64,000 nt of DNA, taken from positions 37,401 through 101,400 of the forward strand of contig JBBSQY010000005.1 in the NCBI GenBank assembly GCA_038243585.1. Reading direction: 5' to 3'. The DNA is from Candidatus Sumerlaeales bacterium (GTDB taxonomy: Bacteria; Sumerlaeota; Sumerlaeia; Sumerlaeales; Sumerlaeaceae). The stretch's first letter is position 1; every line of letters begins with the position of its first letter. The position numbers and the translations under genes were made by a program. Below, one piece after another: positions 49,574 through 59,984 of this stretch. Below the pieces are notes generated by a model. The model did no database searches. It was given only the letters and a program-made list of their open reading frames with translations, and was not told where the DNA came from.

Positions 49574-50386
49574 ATGCCCCACCACCTGCTCTTAAGAGGC
49601 TCTCGCTACCAACTGCCAGGTAACCATACCAAACCGCCACATTCCAGCTTCTTAGATCTCGCCAAAGCAGGTATCTCAACCTTAGAAGTCGACCACTGCC
49701 TTCTGAACCCAAAGCTCATTGACCAAATTTCCCAAGCCGGTCTCAGCCTGATAATTCAGGCCACTCCCCTCACTTCTGACGATATAACCGCCACCATCAC
49801 GCTCGCAAAACAAACTCGCGCTCAGGCCATAAACATCCACATCAGCGGCCTCCACAATGACAACAACACGGCAACCCAATTAATAAGCAGCCTCATCGCT
49901 ATCGCCGCCGACGCCAATATTCCTCTCTACTTCGAAACCCGCCGTAACAGCATGACTCATGACATTTCGAATACCGCCAGGCTCGCCGAAGCCGTACCCG
50001 AAATGCGTTTTACTCTGGACGCCTCTCACTATATCCAAACAGAAGAAGATCCCGGCCCAACCCCTATATTTTCACGTCATCTGGAGATCATTCTCGATCG
50101 CACCGAAATGCTCAATGGTTGCATGCCCAACGGCCAGCCAATCCAACAAAACCCCCTGAAACCCAAAAGCGACATTGCCGAAATATACAAATCGGTATGG
50201 ACCGAAGCTATGCGCCGCTGGCGCCTTAGGAAACCCGCCGGAAGCACCCTGATTTTCACCCCTTGGGTAATTACTCCAACCTACGAGATAACAAACCCTG
50301 AAGGAAAAGACCTATCCAACACCAATGAACAAACCGAAAGCATCTGGCAAATAGCGCAATCTGCCTGGAAGCAAAGCGCCGGCTAG
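49574..50386 (+). CDS. Xylose-isomerase-like TIM-barrel protein, probably degenerate
   Basis: YFETRR, TLDASH and FTP motifs; metal-ligand positions appear partly lost. Confidence 0.55.
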   Translation: MPHHLLLRGSRYQLPGNHTKPPHSSFLDLAKAGISTLEVDHCLLNPKLIDQISQAGLSLIIQATPLTSDDITATITLAKQTRAQAINIHISGLHNDNNTATQLISSLIAIAADANIPLYFETRRNSMTHDISNTARLAEAVPEMRFTLDASHYIQTEEDPGPTPIFSRHLEIILDRTEMLNGCMPNGQPIQQNPLKPKSDIAEIYKSVWTEAMRRWRLRKPAGSTLIFTPWVITPTYEITNPEGKDLSNTNEQTESIWQIAQSAWKQSAG

Positions 50387-50472
50387 TAATGTTAGAGTTA
50401 GCTGGAAAGAGCAGAAATGAAGCCGTGTCTTTACTAAACACTAACTCCTTCTGACAGTACAGGGGTTAAAAT

Positions 50473-50549
<77 letters not shown>

Positions 50550-50616
50550 ACGTGTGGGTATTGCTACTGAATTCGGTAATTGAGAATTCAGATTCTTGAG
50601 AATCTGAACCAAATGA

Positions 50617-51543
50617 CTATGCCGGTACCGGCTTCGCTACGTGTTCCCAGGCGTGATAACTGCTTCGCACTAGTGGACCGGATTCGACATGGTCAAAACC
50701 CATGGCCTGCGCATCACGCTTCCACATTGCGAACTCGTCCGGTTTAATGTATCGGGTCACCGGAAGCTGCCCTTCGCCCGGTTGCAGATACTGCCCAAGG
50801 GTCAAAACGTTAACGCCTACCTCGCGCAAGTCATACAGGACGTCGAGCACTTCATCCGCAGTCTCACCAAGACCCAACATCAAACCTGTCTTTACTGGAA
50901 CTTCCGGGCGCATTTCCTTTGCTCGGGCTAGCAGCATGACGCTACGCCAATACTTGGCACCCCGCCGCACTTTACTATAAAGCCGCGGGACCGTCTCAAT
51001 ATTATGGTTCAATACCGCAATGGGCGATTCCATAACGTTGCGCAATGGGCGCTCATGCCCACGAAAATCCGGGATTAGAACTTCTACCTGCGCCGCTGGC
51101 GCTATCAATTTTATCTCACCTACACATGCAGCGAAATGGCCGCTTCCCTGATCAGGCAAATCATCCCGAGCAACGCTGGTAATAACGATATGGTTCAGCC
51201 CCAGTTCAAGAGCCGCCTTCGCCAGTCGAATTGGCTCCGTGTCATCCGGCGGTTTTGCCATTGGGTTCGCCTGTGTCACCGCGCAAAATGTACACCGGCG
51301 CGTACAGGTGTCACCAAGAATCATGAACGTTGCGGTCTGATGGGAGTAGCAGTCGCCGATGTTCGGACATTGCGCCTCCTCACAAACGGTAACCAGTCCA
51401 TGCTTACGCAGAACGGCATTCGTATTAGAAAAGCTGTCCGTCCAGGTCATCCGAGCTTTGATCCACTCTGGATGCCTGCGCTGCACTGCTTCCGAAGTGG
51501 GAGCAGTGTTCATAATTCCGATATCTTCAGCCGTTTTACTCAA
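50617..51543 (-). CDS. lipA: Lipoyl synthase
   Basis: CEEAQCPNIGDC, CTRRCTFC, GQYLQP and RSSY. Confidence 0.97.
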   Translation of the reverse strand: MSKTAEDIGIMNTAPTSEAVQRRHPEWIKARMTWTDSFSNTNAVLRKHGLVTVCEEAQCPNIGDCYSHQTATFMILGDTCTRRCTFCAVTQANPMAKPPDDTEPIRLAKAALELGLNHIVITSVARDDLPDQGSGHFAACVGEIKLIAPAAQVEVLIPDFRGHERPLRNVMESPIAVLNHNIETVPRLYSKVRRGAKYWRSVMLLARAKEMRPEVPVKTGLMLGLGETADEVLDVLYDLREVGVNVLTLGQYLQPGEGQLPVTRYIKPDEFAMWKRDAQAMGFDHVESGPLVRSSYHAWEHVAKPVPA

Positions 51544-51584
51544 AGTATATTAGCACTATACTTAGTGCAGTGTCGCATTCTGTA

Positions 51585-52406
51585 TCAAGTCAACCAGCCT
51601 TCATTTCGCAGGGCCTTTAAAAGATGCAGGTGCGCTCGCTCCGCCCATTGCTGCATGGGCTTTACTTTGAATGGCCGTCCAGCGCGCTGCAATTCCAGTT
51701 CAACAGAAGTCATTTCCGCATCGGTGATACCGCACGGCACAATTGATTGAAATCCGGTCATGTCGGGATGAATGTTAAGGGCAAACCCGTGCGACGTCAC
51801 CCATTTCCGCGCGGAAACGCCAATGCTAACAAGCTTCCGGATAGGCTCGGCAGCGATTTCTCCAACTTCCGAACCTGTCGTCTGGGTCCACACACCGGTA
51901 AATCCTTGGCGCAGGCCTGTCGCCAATCCAAACTCATCCCTCAGAAACGCGATCAATCCCAGTTCCAGCGCCCTCAGGTAAGCGTGGATATCCGGCTTTG
52001 CGCCAGCTGATCGGTTGGACAAATCCAAAACGATATAACCCACGAGTTGTCCCGGTGCATGGTAGGTGGCGAGGCCGCCGCGCGGAACGGCGAGGGTTGG
52101 GATCTGGTGGTTAATTTTTTTAAGGTCTTCAGACGGAGTTGCTCTACCGTAAGTTATTACCGGAGGATGCTCAAGGTAAAAAAAGCTATCTTCGGCAGAG
52201 TGATCGCGGGGCTTGGTATGTGGGTCATGGGCCGGGAAGAAGCCGGCTCTATCAGAGGAGGCTATCAACCGAATCGATTCCACGCGATCTGCCTGGGCTT
52301 GCGTCATCCGATCTAGCGCTTCCTGATAATCGATGATGCCCCACCATTCCATCGCCTTTAGGTAGGAATGGCTCACCGAGACATCCGCCTCACTACCAAC
52401 CGTCAC
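51585..52406 (-). CDS. lipB: Octanoyltransferase
   Basis: LEHPPV.T.GR, RGG..TYH.PGQ, KLVSIG, HGFALN and IVPCG. Confidence 0.93.
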   Translation of the reverse strand: MTVGSEADVSVSHSYLKAMEWWGIIDYQEALDRMTQAQADRVESIRLIASSDRAGFFPAHDPHTKPRDHSAEDSFFYLEHPPVITYGRATPSEDLKKINHQIPTLAVPRGGLATYHAPGQLVGYIVLDLSNRSAGAKPDIHAYLRALELGLIAFLRDEFGLATGLRQGFTGVWTQTTGSEVGEIAAEPIRKLVSIGVSARKWVTSHGFALNIHPDMTGFQSIVPCGITDAEMTSVELELQRAGRPFKVKPMQQWAERAHLHLLKALRNEGWLT

Positions 52407-54307
52407 GCGGCGACCTGACGGACCTTCATATTAATGAGAATTACTGAAATATCGGACGGGTTCACGCCCGCGATGCGGCTTGCCTGACCAACGGTGCCAG
52501 GTCGCATCGTCGCCAGTTTCTGCTGGGCTTCGCTGCGCAGACCGCGCATAGCCGTATAATCTAAGTCCAAAGGCAGTTCGAGATGCTCCAGCTTCGCATG
52601 CCGCGAGATCTGACTCTGTTGACGGGTTATGTAACCTTCGTATTTGACCGCCAACTCCACCTGCTCCACGGCGCGACAGGCCTCATGGTGTTCGCCTAGC
52701 GCCCCGCCCAAATCAGCCGCTACGCCCATGCGCCGTAAATCCCTATATCCGATCTCTGGACGCGCCAGAAGCTGCGACAGCTTCACCCCCGACTCCAGCC
52801 TGTCCAGCCCATACTCGGCCGCAAGTTTCGCCTCGATGTCAGCCTTTTTAAAGCTAGTGTTTTTCAGGCGGTCCAGTTCCTGGTTAATAACGGAGCGATA
52901 GTCGTCAAACCGTCTGTATCTTTCTTCCGAAATCAGCCCCAGCTTCCACGCGTAATCCGACAGTCGCATATCCGCGTTGTCCTGCCGCAGCAAAAGGCGA
53001 TACTCCGCCCGGCTGGTAAACATACGATAAGGCTCGCGATGTTCTTTCGTCACAAGGTCATCCATCAGCACGCCGATATACGCCTCTTCGCGCCCAAGGC
53101 TGAAAGGTTCCTGATCCCGCAGCTTCAGCACAGCGTTCACCGCCGCCATCAGCCCCTGCGCCCCGGCCTCTTCATATCCCGTTGTGCCGTTAATCTGTCC
53201 AGCAAGATAAAGGCCTTCCGCATCCTTTACTTCCATTGAAGCCGTAATTTGAGACGGCGGAACATACGTGTATTCGATGGCATAACCGACCCGAACAATT
53301 CGCGCCTTCTCCAGTCCCCGAACCGTCGCCACGAAATCTCGCTGAACATCCTCGGGCAACGAAGTACTTATGCCATTGGCATAAATCTCATTGGTCGTCA
53401 GCCCTTCCGGCTCCAGGAAAAGCTGGTGGCGATCTTTATCGGCAAAACGAACGCATTTGTCTTCAATCGACGGACAATAGCGCGGCCCCACGCTGCTGAT
53501 GTGGCCGCCATACATAGCGCTTCGACCGATGTTGTTTCGGATAACATCATGAGTCTGTTCGTTAGTGTAGGTTATATGACATGGCACCTGGCGCAGCGGT
53601 ATGCTTCGCGTGGAATAGCTAAATGGCTGCGGCGGATCGTCACCCGGCTGTTCTTCCAAGACGCTCCAGTCGATGGTCCGCTTGTCCAGCCTTGGAGGTG
53701 TGCCGGTCTTCAGGCGCCCCGTCTGCAAGCCGAGGTCTAGAAAGCTCTGAGACAAGCTATCCGCGCTCTTCTCCCCTGCCCGGCCAGCCGAATATGTCTT
53801 ATCCCCCACATGAACCAGCCCGTCCAGGAAAGTCCCCGTGGTAATGATCAGAGCGCCACAATCGATCCGCGTCCCAAAATCCATCTCCACTCCGGTGATA
53901 CGCGGCTTTTGCCCGTTCGAGCTGAAAATCAGCCGTTCCACCGTTCCCTGAAGCATATCCAGATTCGGGACGTTTTCCATAAACTGCTTCATCCACTGGC
54001 TGTACAGTCGCTTATCACACTGTGCTCGCGGAGCCCGCACGGCCGGCCCTTTGCTCATATTCAGCATTCGAAATTGGATGCCGTTCTGATCCGTTGCCAC
54101 GCCCATAATACCGCCCAGCGCGTCTATTTCCCTCACAAGATGCCCCTTGGCCAGTCCCCCAATTGCCGGGTTACAGCTCATCAGGGCAATATTGTCCAGG
54201 TTCATGGTCAGCAACAAAGTGCGCGCACCCATCCGCGCCGCGGCATAGGCGGCCTCACACCCTGCGTGACCGGCGCCAATTACTATTATGTCGTATCGTT
54301 CAGCCAT
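52403..54307 (-). CDS. mnmG: tRNA uridine-5-carboxymethylaminomethyl synthesis enzyme
   Basis: GAGHAG, MSCNPAIGG, RLKTGTP, GPRYCPSIEDK, AGQINGT and EPYRMFTSRAEYR. Confidence 0.97.
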   Translation of the reverse strand: MAERYDIIVIGAGHAGCEAAYAAARMGARTLLLTMNLDNIALMSCNPAIGGLAKGHLVREIDALGGIMGVATDQNGIQFRMLNMSKGPAVRAPRAQCDKRLYSQWMKQFMENVPNLDMLQGTVERLIFSSNGQKPRITGVEMDFGTRIDCGALIITTGTFLDGLVHVGDKTYSAGRAGEKSADSLSQSFLDLGLQTGRLKTGTPPRLDKRTIDWSVLEEQPGDDPPQPFSYSTRSIPLRQVPCHITYTNEQTHDVIRNNIGRSAMYGGHISSVGPRYCPSIEDKCVRFADKDRHQLFLEPEGLTTNEIYANGISTSLPEDVQRDFVATVRGLEKARIVRVGYAIEYTYVPPSQITASMEVKDAEGLYLAGQINGTTGYEEAGAQGLMAAVNAVLKLRDQEPFSLGREEAYIGVLMDDLVTKEHREPYRMFTSRAEYRLLLRQDNADMRLSDYAWKLGLISEERYRRFDDYRSVINQELDRLKNTSFKKADIEAKLAAEYGLDRLESGVKLSQLLARPEIGYRDLRRMGVAADLGGALGEHHEACRAVEQVELAVKYEGYITRQQSQISRHAKLEHLELPLDLDYTAMRGLRSEAQQKLATMRPGTVGQASRIAGVNPSDISVILINMKVRQVAA

Positions 54308-54426
54308 AATCCTTCAATCGCATACCAGCAAACCATGGTCACAATTTGGACTCAGCGTCATGGAACGCAAATAACTGTATTTTTTGCTCGACATCATGAG
54401 CTGGTAAAGTTGATTTGCGAGCTACC

Positions 54427-55203
54427 ATGTCACTTAAACCTCTCTCCGGAAAAACCGCCGTCGTATTAGGCGTCGCAAATAAACGCAGCATCGCCTGGGC
54501 CATAGCTCAGGCTTGGCATGAAGCCGGCGCCAAACTTATATTTAATTACCAGGGCGAGCGCCTTAAAGAAAACGTGCAGGAACTAGTCGAAACCTTCGGC
54601 AGTGACGTGCTATTAGCGCCGTGCGATGTAAGCAGCGACGACGACATTACGACATTTTTTAATTTCGTGCGCTCAAACACCGAGAAAGTTGATCTGCTGC
54701 TGCACAGCATCGCCTTTGCGCCAAAGGAATCACTGGCGGACCCATTCGTGCAGACCTCCCGCGAAGCCTTTCGGGTTGCTCATGATATCAGCGTCTATTC
54801 ACTCATCGCAGTCGCCCGCGAAGCAGCCCCCCTCATGACCGACGGCGGCAGCATCGTGACCATGACCTTCCGTGGTTCGGTGGCTGTTTATCCGAACTAC
54901 AACGTAATGGGCGTAGCCAAGGCCGCGCTCGAAGCCAGCGTACGCTATTTGGCCGACGACCTTGGAAAACAAAAGATCCGGGTTAATGCCATAAGCGCCG
55001 GCCCTGTGCAAACTCTGGCCGCTCGCGGCATTTCAGACTTTTCCTCTATGATGAAAACCTATAAAGACAAAGCACCACTCGGAAGAAGCTGCGAACCCGA
55101 CGAATTAGGGCAGACAGCGGTTTTTCTGGCGAGCGACGGCAGCTCCGGCATTACTGGCCAGGTCCTCTATGTAGACGGCGGATACTCGGTAATGGGTGCG
55201 TAG
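54427..55203 (+). CDS. fabI: Enoyl-ACP reductase
   Basis: GVANKRSIAW, HSIAFA, YNVMGVAKAALE, SAGP..TLA and YVDGG. Confidence 0.95.
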   Translation: MSLKPLSGKTAVVLGVANKRSIAWAIAQAWHEAGAKLIFNYQGERLKENVQELVETFGSDVLLAPCDVSSDDDITTFFNFVRSNTEKVDLLLHSIAFAPKESLADPFVQTSREAFRVAHDISVYSLIAVAREAAPLMTDGGSIVTMTFRGSVAVYPNYNVMGVAKAALEASVRYLADDLGKQKIRVNAISAGPVQTLAARGISDFSSMMKTYKDKAPLGRSCEPDELGQTAVFLASDGSSGITGQVLYVDGGYSVMGA

Positions 55204-55287
55204 TAAGACAAGTTCTCCTACCGTCCCCACCAAACCCATCTTAAATCAAGAGTCTAATCCGCAGTATTTGCGCGTTTTTCTAGTTAA

Positions 55288-55316
55288 TTGACAATTTTAG
55301 CCTCGATTGTTATAGA
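55288..55316 (+). promoter_or_regulatory. Candidate sigma70 promoter
   Basis: TTGACA-17 nt-TATAGA with an extended TG. Confidence 0.55.
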
Positions 55317-55416
55317 ATGGATTAGTTGATCCCGGGCGACCGCCGTGCGAAATCAGCATTGCACGCCCGAGATTACCCGGTTAGCCCGAACCAATTAGAG
55401 ACGGTTGAGGTCAGGA

Positions 55417-58374
55417 ATGATTATTCGCAAAGCTATGTTGCTGCTATTACTGATTATTTTAGTTGCCGCAACAACACAAACACACGCCCAACCAACGGTA
55501 GACAGCATAACAGTTAACGGCATCAATCCCACGAACGCCAACAGTTTGGGTTGGAACGTCAATTTTAGTGAGCCGGTTTCCGGAGTCACAGCTGCAAATT
55601 TTACTCTAGCACCTGTCGGCGTAACTGGCGCGATTAACACTGTTACCCCGCTTCTGGGCAACCAAACCTGGGCTGTCACTGCCGCCGCTGTGGCTGGCGA
55701 CGGTACGCTAGGTGTTGATCTTACCAACCCGTCCGGCATATCAGGAACTACCGCGCCACTCGCTCAGACGTTCATTGGAGACTTGTACATCATTGATAAC
55801 ACAGCTCCATTTGTCGTCTCAATAACACGCCTTGAATCATCCCCCACGTCCGCATCTGTTATTAACTTTGCAGTAACCTTTTCCGAACCGATATTTAATC
55901 TTACCTCAGCTAATTTCAGCCCAAGCGGTACGCCCCTAGGAGGCACCGTAGACAACTCTGTGGCACCCAGCGCCGACCAAAGCATTTGGACAGCCTCCGT
56001 TTCCGGAATTTCGGGATCAGGCTTCGTTGGCCTTGACCTCACCGACACATCCAACGTAACAGACGCTGCGGGGAATTTTCTTTTTTCCGATTTTACCGCC
56101 GGTGAACAATATCAAATCGACCAGCAAGGCCCCCAATTGGTTTGCATCACACGTCTTGACGCGTCGCCGACCAGTGCAACAAGTGTATCATTTATGGTTG
56201 AGTTTGATGAACCAGCCGCAAATCTTCAGGTTTCTAACTTTACTATTAATGTGACCGGCACTTCTGGTACTATTTCGAGCGTGTCGCCTTCCGGCTCCGG
56301 AACTACTTGGACTGTGACCGTAAACGGCGTTAGCGGTGCAGGGCTGCTTACTGTAGACCTTACCGACGCCGCAGGAATTACGGATCAACAGCTAAACCCG
56401 GCCGGCTCCGGAGTAATCAGACCGGGATGTGAGTCATATATTATTGATCGCATAAATCCAGAAATCTTATCCATTGCGCTGCCGGATGATAACCCTACGT
56501 CTGGATCAGACGTCACGTTTGTGGTTACATTCAATGAGCCAGTTACCTCGGCGACCTTGGCGGATTTTAGCTTGTTCACCCAAGGAACAACAGCCACAAT
56601 ATCAGGCGTAATAACCGCAGGTGACACCACAACAGTAACTGTGAGTGGCATTACCGGGCCCGGTTTGCTTTGCCTCCAAGTGAATTCACCGTCCAGCATC
56701 ACGGACCTACTTGGCAATTCGTTGACAGGTGTGCCTTATACAAGCGCATGCTATATCATCTGTTCAGAATTTGCGCCACTGACAGGGTTTGACCCTGCAG
56801 ACGGTTCCACCACGGAAAGCACTGTGGCATTTCTGCGGTGGACGGCACCAGTCTCTGGCTTAACATTCCAAGTTTATTTTGACGGTATTTTTTCAGGAAG
56901 AACCACTGATACTTCATTTGCTATACCGGGACCACTTGCCCCAGGGCAGCATACCTATCTCATAGATGTCGACGGTTCATGCACATCAGGTTCTCTTATA
57001 ACTTTTAACGTTTTAAACTCTCCAACTCTTGTATCCCCGCAGGATGACTTTGTATCTTGCATTGCGCCACGACGATTCCGCTGGAATCCAGTAGCTGGAG
57101 CGACCACCTACACACTATACATCGACGGACTTGTTGCTGGAGAAACAACGAGCAACACTACTGTCCTACAGCCAGCGAATCCCCCAATTGCCCTTGGCCC
57201 CCATACTTGGTATATCGTCGCGTCAAATCCGTTTGGTCAGCAGCAGTCTGTTACTTACACTTATACAATCACCGTGGATGATACAATTCAGCCGGTGCTC
57301 ATCCGGACGAATGGAACCGTATACGACATCCTTACCGTAAACAACAATATCTATATTGCGGGAGATTTTGACAGTGTGTTGGACGGGGACGGCGAATGGA
57401 AGCCTCGCAGCAATATTGCCATGTTTGCCGGTGCGCCATTACAATTAACCAATTGGGCACCGACGGTTAATGGAATTGTCTATACCTTGGAAAACGCAGG
57501 TCCGTCGCTGCTCCTCGGAGGCGACTTCACAAGAATAGGCACAGAACTGATTGCTCGTATCGCATCTTTTGATTTCGAGACCACCAGCCCAAGCTTTGCG
57601 CCAAGTATTAGCTTTCGTCCAGGAGCTAACGACACGGTTCGAGCAATTGAAGCAGTCGGAAGCACCATCTATTATGGTGGAGATTTTACGAAAATCAATT
57701 CGCAGGTATATAACTTTGCGAATCCTGGCAAGCCTTCCACACGCCTGGCTATCGCCAGCTTAAACACTACCGGTACTTCAGCGGTCTCTCTTGCCCCCAA
57801 TGCTTCTGTCAGAGATTTGCTGTACGACGGGGAAAATCTGTATGTCGCTGGTCTGTTCTCTTCTATAGGTGGAGAGCCTTATCGGGGTTTGGTTCAGCTG
57901 GACAGAGTTGCAGGCAGTCAACTGGCAATCAGTAATGATTTCATTTCGCCGTCCGCACAGCTTCCGACTGATTTGTACGTTTACACAATGATGAAATCCG
58001 GCAACACTCTTTATTTAGGCGGGTCTTTTAATCAGATGCTTGGGTCGGACAGGCGCAACGCCGCCGCCATAAACCTGGGAGACTTAACAACATCAGCATC
58101 CATTACTGCGTGGGATCCGCGTCCAAATTCAGCTGTTCACGCACTTAGCCGCGTATCGGCTGGAAGAGGACTATATATCGGAGGAACTTTCACTAGTCTA
58201 AACAATACACAGAAATCATATCTAGTGGGAGTAGATCCAATAGAAGGCCTCCCCTTTACATGCTCATTTGATGCAGATCGAGCGGTCTACGCCATTGAAG
58301 TTCCAAGCAACCAGATTCCCTACGTCGGAGGTCAGGTAACGGTTACGGGCGCATTGCCGCCTTCCGGCCCTTAA
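55417..58374 (+). CDS. Large secreted surface protein: four Ig-like repeats, two FN3-like modules and a beta-propeller
   Basis: Signal peptide; four P.V.SI....PT......F.V.F.EP repeats; repeated V..L....LY.GG.F blades. Confidence 0.75.
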   Translation: MIIRKAMLLLLLIILVAATTQTHAQPTVDSITVNGINPTNANSLGWNVNFSEPVSGVTAANFTLAPVGVTGAINTVTPLLGNQTWAVTAAAVAGDGTLGVDLTNPSGISGTTAPLAQTFIGDLYIIDNTAPFVVSITRLESSPTSASVINFAVTFSEPIFNLTSANFSPSGTPLGGTVDNSVAPSADQSIWTASVSGISGSGFVGLDLTDTSNVTDAAGNFLFSDFTAGEQYQIDQQGPQLVCITRLDASPTSATSVSFMVEFDEPAANLQVSNFTINVTGTSGTISSVSPSGSGTTWTVTVNGVSGAGLLTVDLTDAAGITDQQLNPAGSGVIRPGCESYIIDRINPEILSIALPDDNPTSGSDVTFVVTFNEPVTSATLADFSLFTQGTTATISGVITAGDTTTVTVSGITGPGLLCLQVNSPSSITDLLGNSLTGVPYTSACYIICSEFAPLTGFDPADGSTTESTVAFLRWTAPVSGLTFQVYFDGIFSGRTTDTSFAIPGPLAPGQHTYLIDVDGSCTSGSLITFNVLNSPTLVSPQDDFVSCIAPRRFRWNPVAGATTYTLYIDGLVAGETTSNTTVLQPANPPIALGPHTWYIVASNPFGQQQSVTYTYTITVDDTIQPVLIRTNGTVYDILTVNNNIYIAGDFDSVLDGDGEWKPRSNIAMFAGAPLQLTNWAPTVNGIVYTLENAGPSLLLGGDFTRIGTELIARIASFDFETTSPSFAPSISFRPGANDTVRAIEAVGSTIYYGGDFTKINSQVYNFANPGKPSTRLAIASLNTTGTSAVSLAPNASVRDLLYDGENLYVAGLFSSIGGEPYRGLVQLDRVAGSQLAISNDFISPSAQLPTDLYVYTMMKSGNTLYLGGSFNQMLGSDRRNAAAINLGDLTTSASITAWDPRPNSAVHALSRVSAGRGLYIGGTFTSLNNTQKSYLVGVDPIEGLPFTCSFDADRAVYAIEVPSNQIPYVGGQVTVTGALPPSGP

Positions 58375-59477
58375 CCGAGTTGACCAGGCAAGAGACTCTC
58401 AACTGAAATAATCGTCTGAGTAAACTGGGAAGGGTCTCCCATCTCATCGCAAATAGTGATATGGCCAACTTTGCGCCCTGCGCGATTGGTCTTGGAATAA
58501 TGATGGTAATGACAACCTTGATAAGCCAACGCATCTGAAGCCTGAGGCATCGCGCCCAGGCAGTTCAACATGGTGGAAGGAAAACGAACAGCGGTAGAAC
58601 CCAGAGGAAGGCCACCAATAGCGCGCACGTGATTTTCGAACTGGCTCGTGACCGCGCCCTCAATTGTCCAATGGCCGCTATTGTGGACCCGAGGTGCCAT
58701 CTCATTCGCTAACAACGTTCCATTAATTTCAAAAAACTCGATTGTCAGCACACCTACGTAATCGAGTGCCTCAAGCACCGCCCGCAACATTCCGTCGGCC
58801 GATGCCTGGACAGAATCACTGACGCCCGGGGCTGGCGCGGTCGTCTTGTGCAGTATTCCGTTTCGATGCACATTCTCTACTAAAGGCCAGCTTCGGATTT
58901 CGCCTGACACGCTACGTACGCCGATCAGGCTTAACTCTCTATCAAATGGAACCAGTTTTTCGACAATTAAAGGATTGTTACCAACGGACGCCCAGGCCGC
59001 ACCGCAATCCGCGGCCGTCTCCATCCGATGCTGCCCCTTTCCATCATAGCCGAACCTGCGTGTTTTAACTATGCATGGACCAAAAGCCTCGTGTGCAGCA
59101 ATCAGTTCACCACTAGAATCAACTGGCCTCCACTCCCCCGTTGGCACCCCGGTTTTGGCAAAGAACGTTTTTTCATTTAGGCGATCCTGGGAAATCTCCA
59201 ACGCGCGTCGCCCCGGCCTAACAACGGTTCTCGCTTCCAGCAGACTCAGCGCAGCCGCAGAGACATTTTCAAATTCGTAGGTAATAACATCCAGGTCATC
59301 GGCAAAAAGCTCAAGGGCATCTTCATTGTCAAACTCACCGCAGATCAACTCACCCACAGCGGCGGCTGGTGCATTAGGCGAAGGATCCAGAAATCGAAAC
59401 TCAAACCCTAGCGGAATTCCTGCGAGAGCCATCATTCTACCGAGTTGACCGCCGCCAACCACACCGATCTTCATCAA
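58371..59477 (-). CDS. purK: N5-carboxyaminoimidazole ribonucleotide synthase
   Basis: [34 protein letters not shown] and RKVGH. Confidence 0.96.
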   Translation of the reverse strand: MMKIGVVGGGQLGRMMALAGIPLGFEFRFLDPSPNAPAAAVGELICGEFDNEDALELFADDLDVITYEFENVSAAALSLLEARTVVRPGRRALEISQDRLNEKTFFAKTGVPTGEWRPVDSSGELIAAHEAFGPCIVKTRRFGYDGKGQHRMETAADCGAAWASVGNNPLIVEKLVPFDRELSLIGVRSVSGEIRSWPLVENVHRNGILHKTTAPAPGVSDSVQASADGMLRAVLEALDYVGVLTIEFFEINGTLLANEMAPRVHNSGHWTIEGAVTSQFENHVRAIGGLPLGSTAVRFPSTMLNCLGAMPQASDALAYQGCHYHHYSKTNRAGRKVGHITICDEMGDPSQFTQTIISVESLLPGQLG

Positions 59478-59980
59478 ACCAGCGGTTCCTGCGGATCAGG
59501 ATGGGCGAGCACGTCATCCGTCTGCTTCTGCCGAAAAGCGATAAGTGCCGTTCGAATATTAGCAAAATCCCCAGCAAGAATCGATGCCGCCAGAATAGCG
59601 GAATTGATGGCCCCAGCCTTGCCTATAGCTACTGTCGCCACAGGAATTCCCGCTGGCATTTGCACGATAGAAAGCAGGCTGTCCACACCTCGCAGTACTC
59701 GCGATTCCACTGGCACACCAATAACCGGAAGATAAGTCTTGCTAGCGGCCATCCCCGGCAGATGCGCAGCCCCACCAGCGCCGGCGATAATGACCCGAAT
59801 CCCTCGCTCTGCCGCGCCACCGGCATATTCAAAAAGCAGGTCAGGCGTGCGATGTGCCGATACTACGCGCGTTTCAAAAGGAATTTTTAACAGTGTCAGA
59901 GTGAGACATACATGCTGCATAGTATCCCAGTCAGACCGCGATCCCATGATAACGCCGACTAACGTGTTTGTATCCGTCAT
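59474..59980 (-). CDS. purE: N5-carboxyaminoimidazole ribonucleotide mutase
   Basis: [23 protein letters not shown] and QMPAG.PV. Confidence 0.97.
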   Translation of the reverse strand: MTDTNTLVGVIMGSRSDWDTMQHVCLTLTLLKIPFETRVVSAHRTPDLLFEYAGGAAERGIRVIIAGAGGAAHLPGMAASKTYLPVIGVPVESRVLRGVDSLLSIVQMPAGIPVATVAIGKAGAINSAILAASILAGDFANIRTALIAFRQKQTDDVLAHPDPQEPLV

Positions 59981-59984
59981 AATG

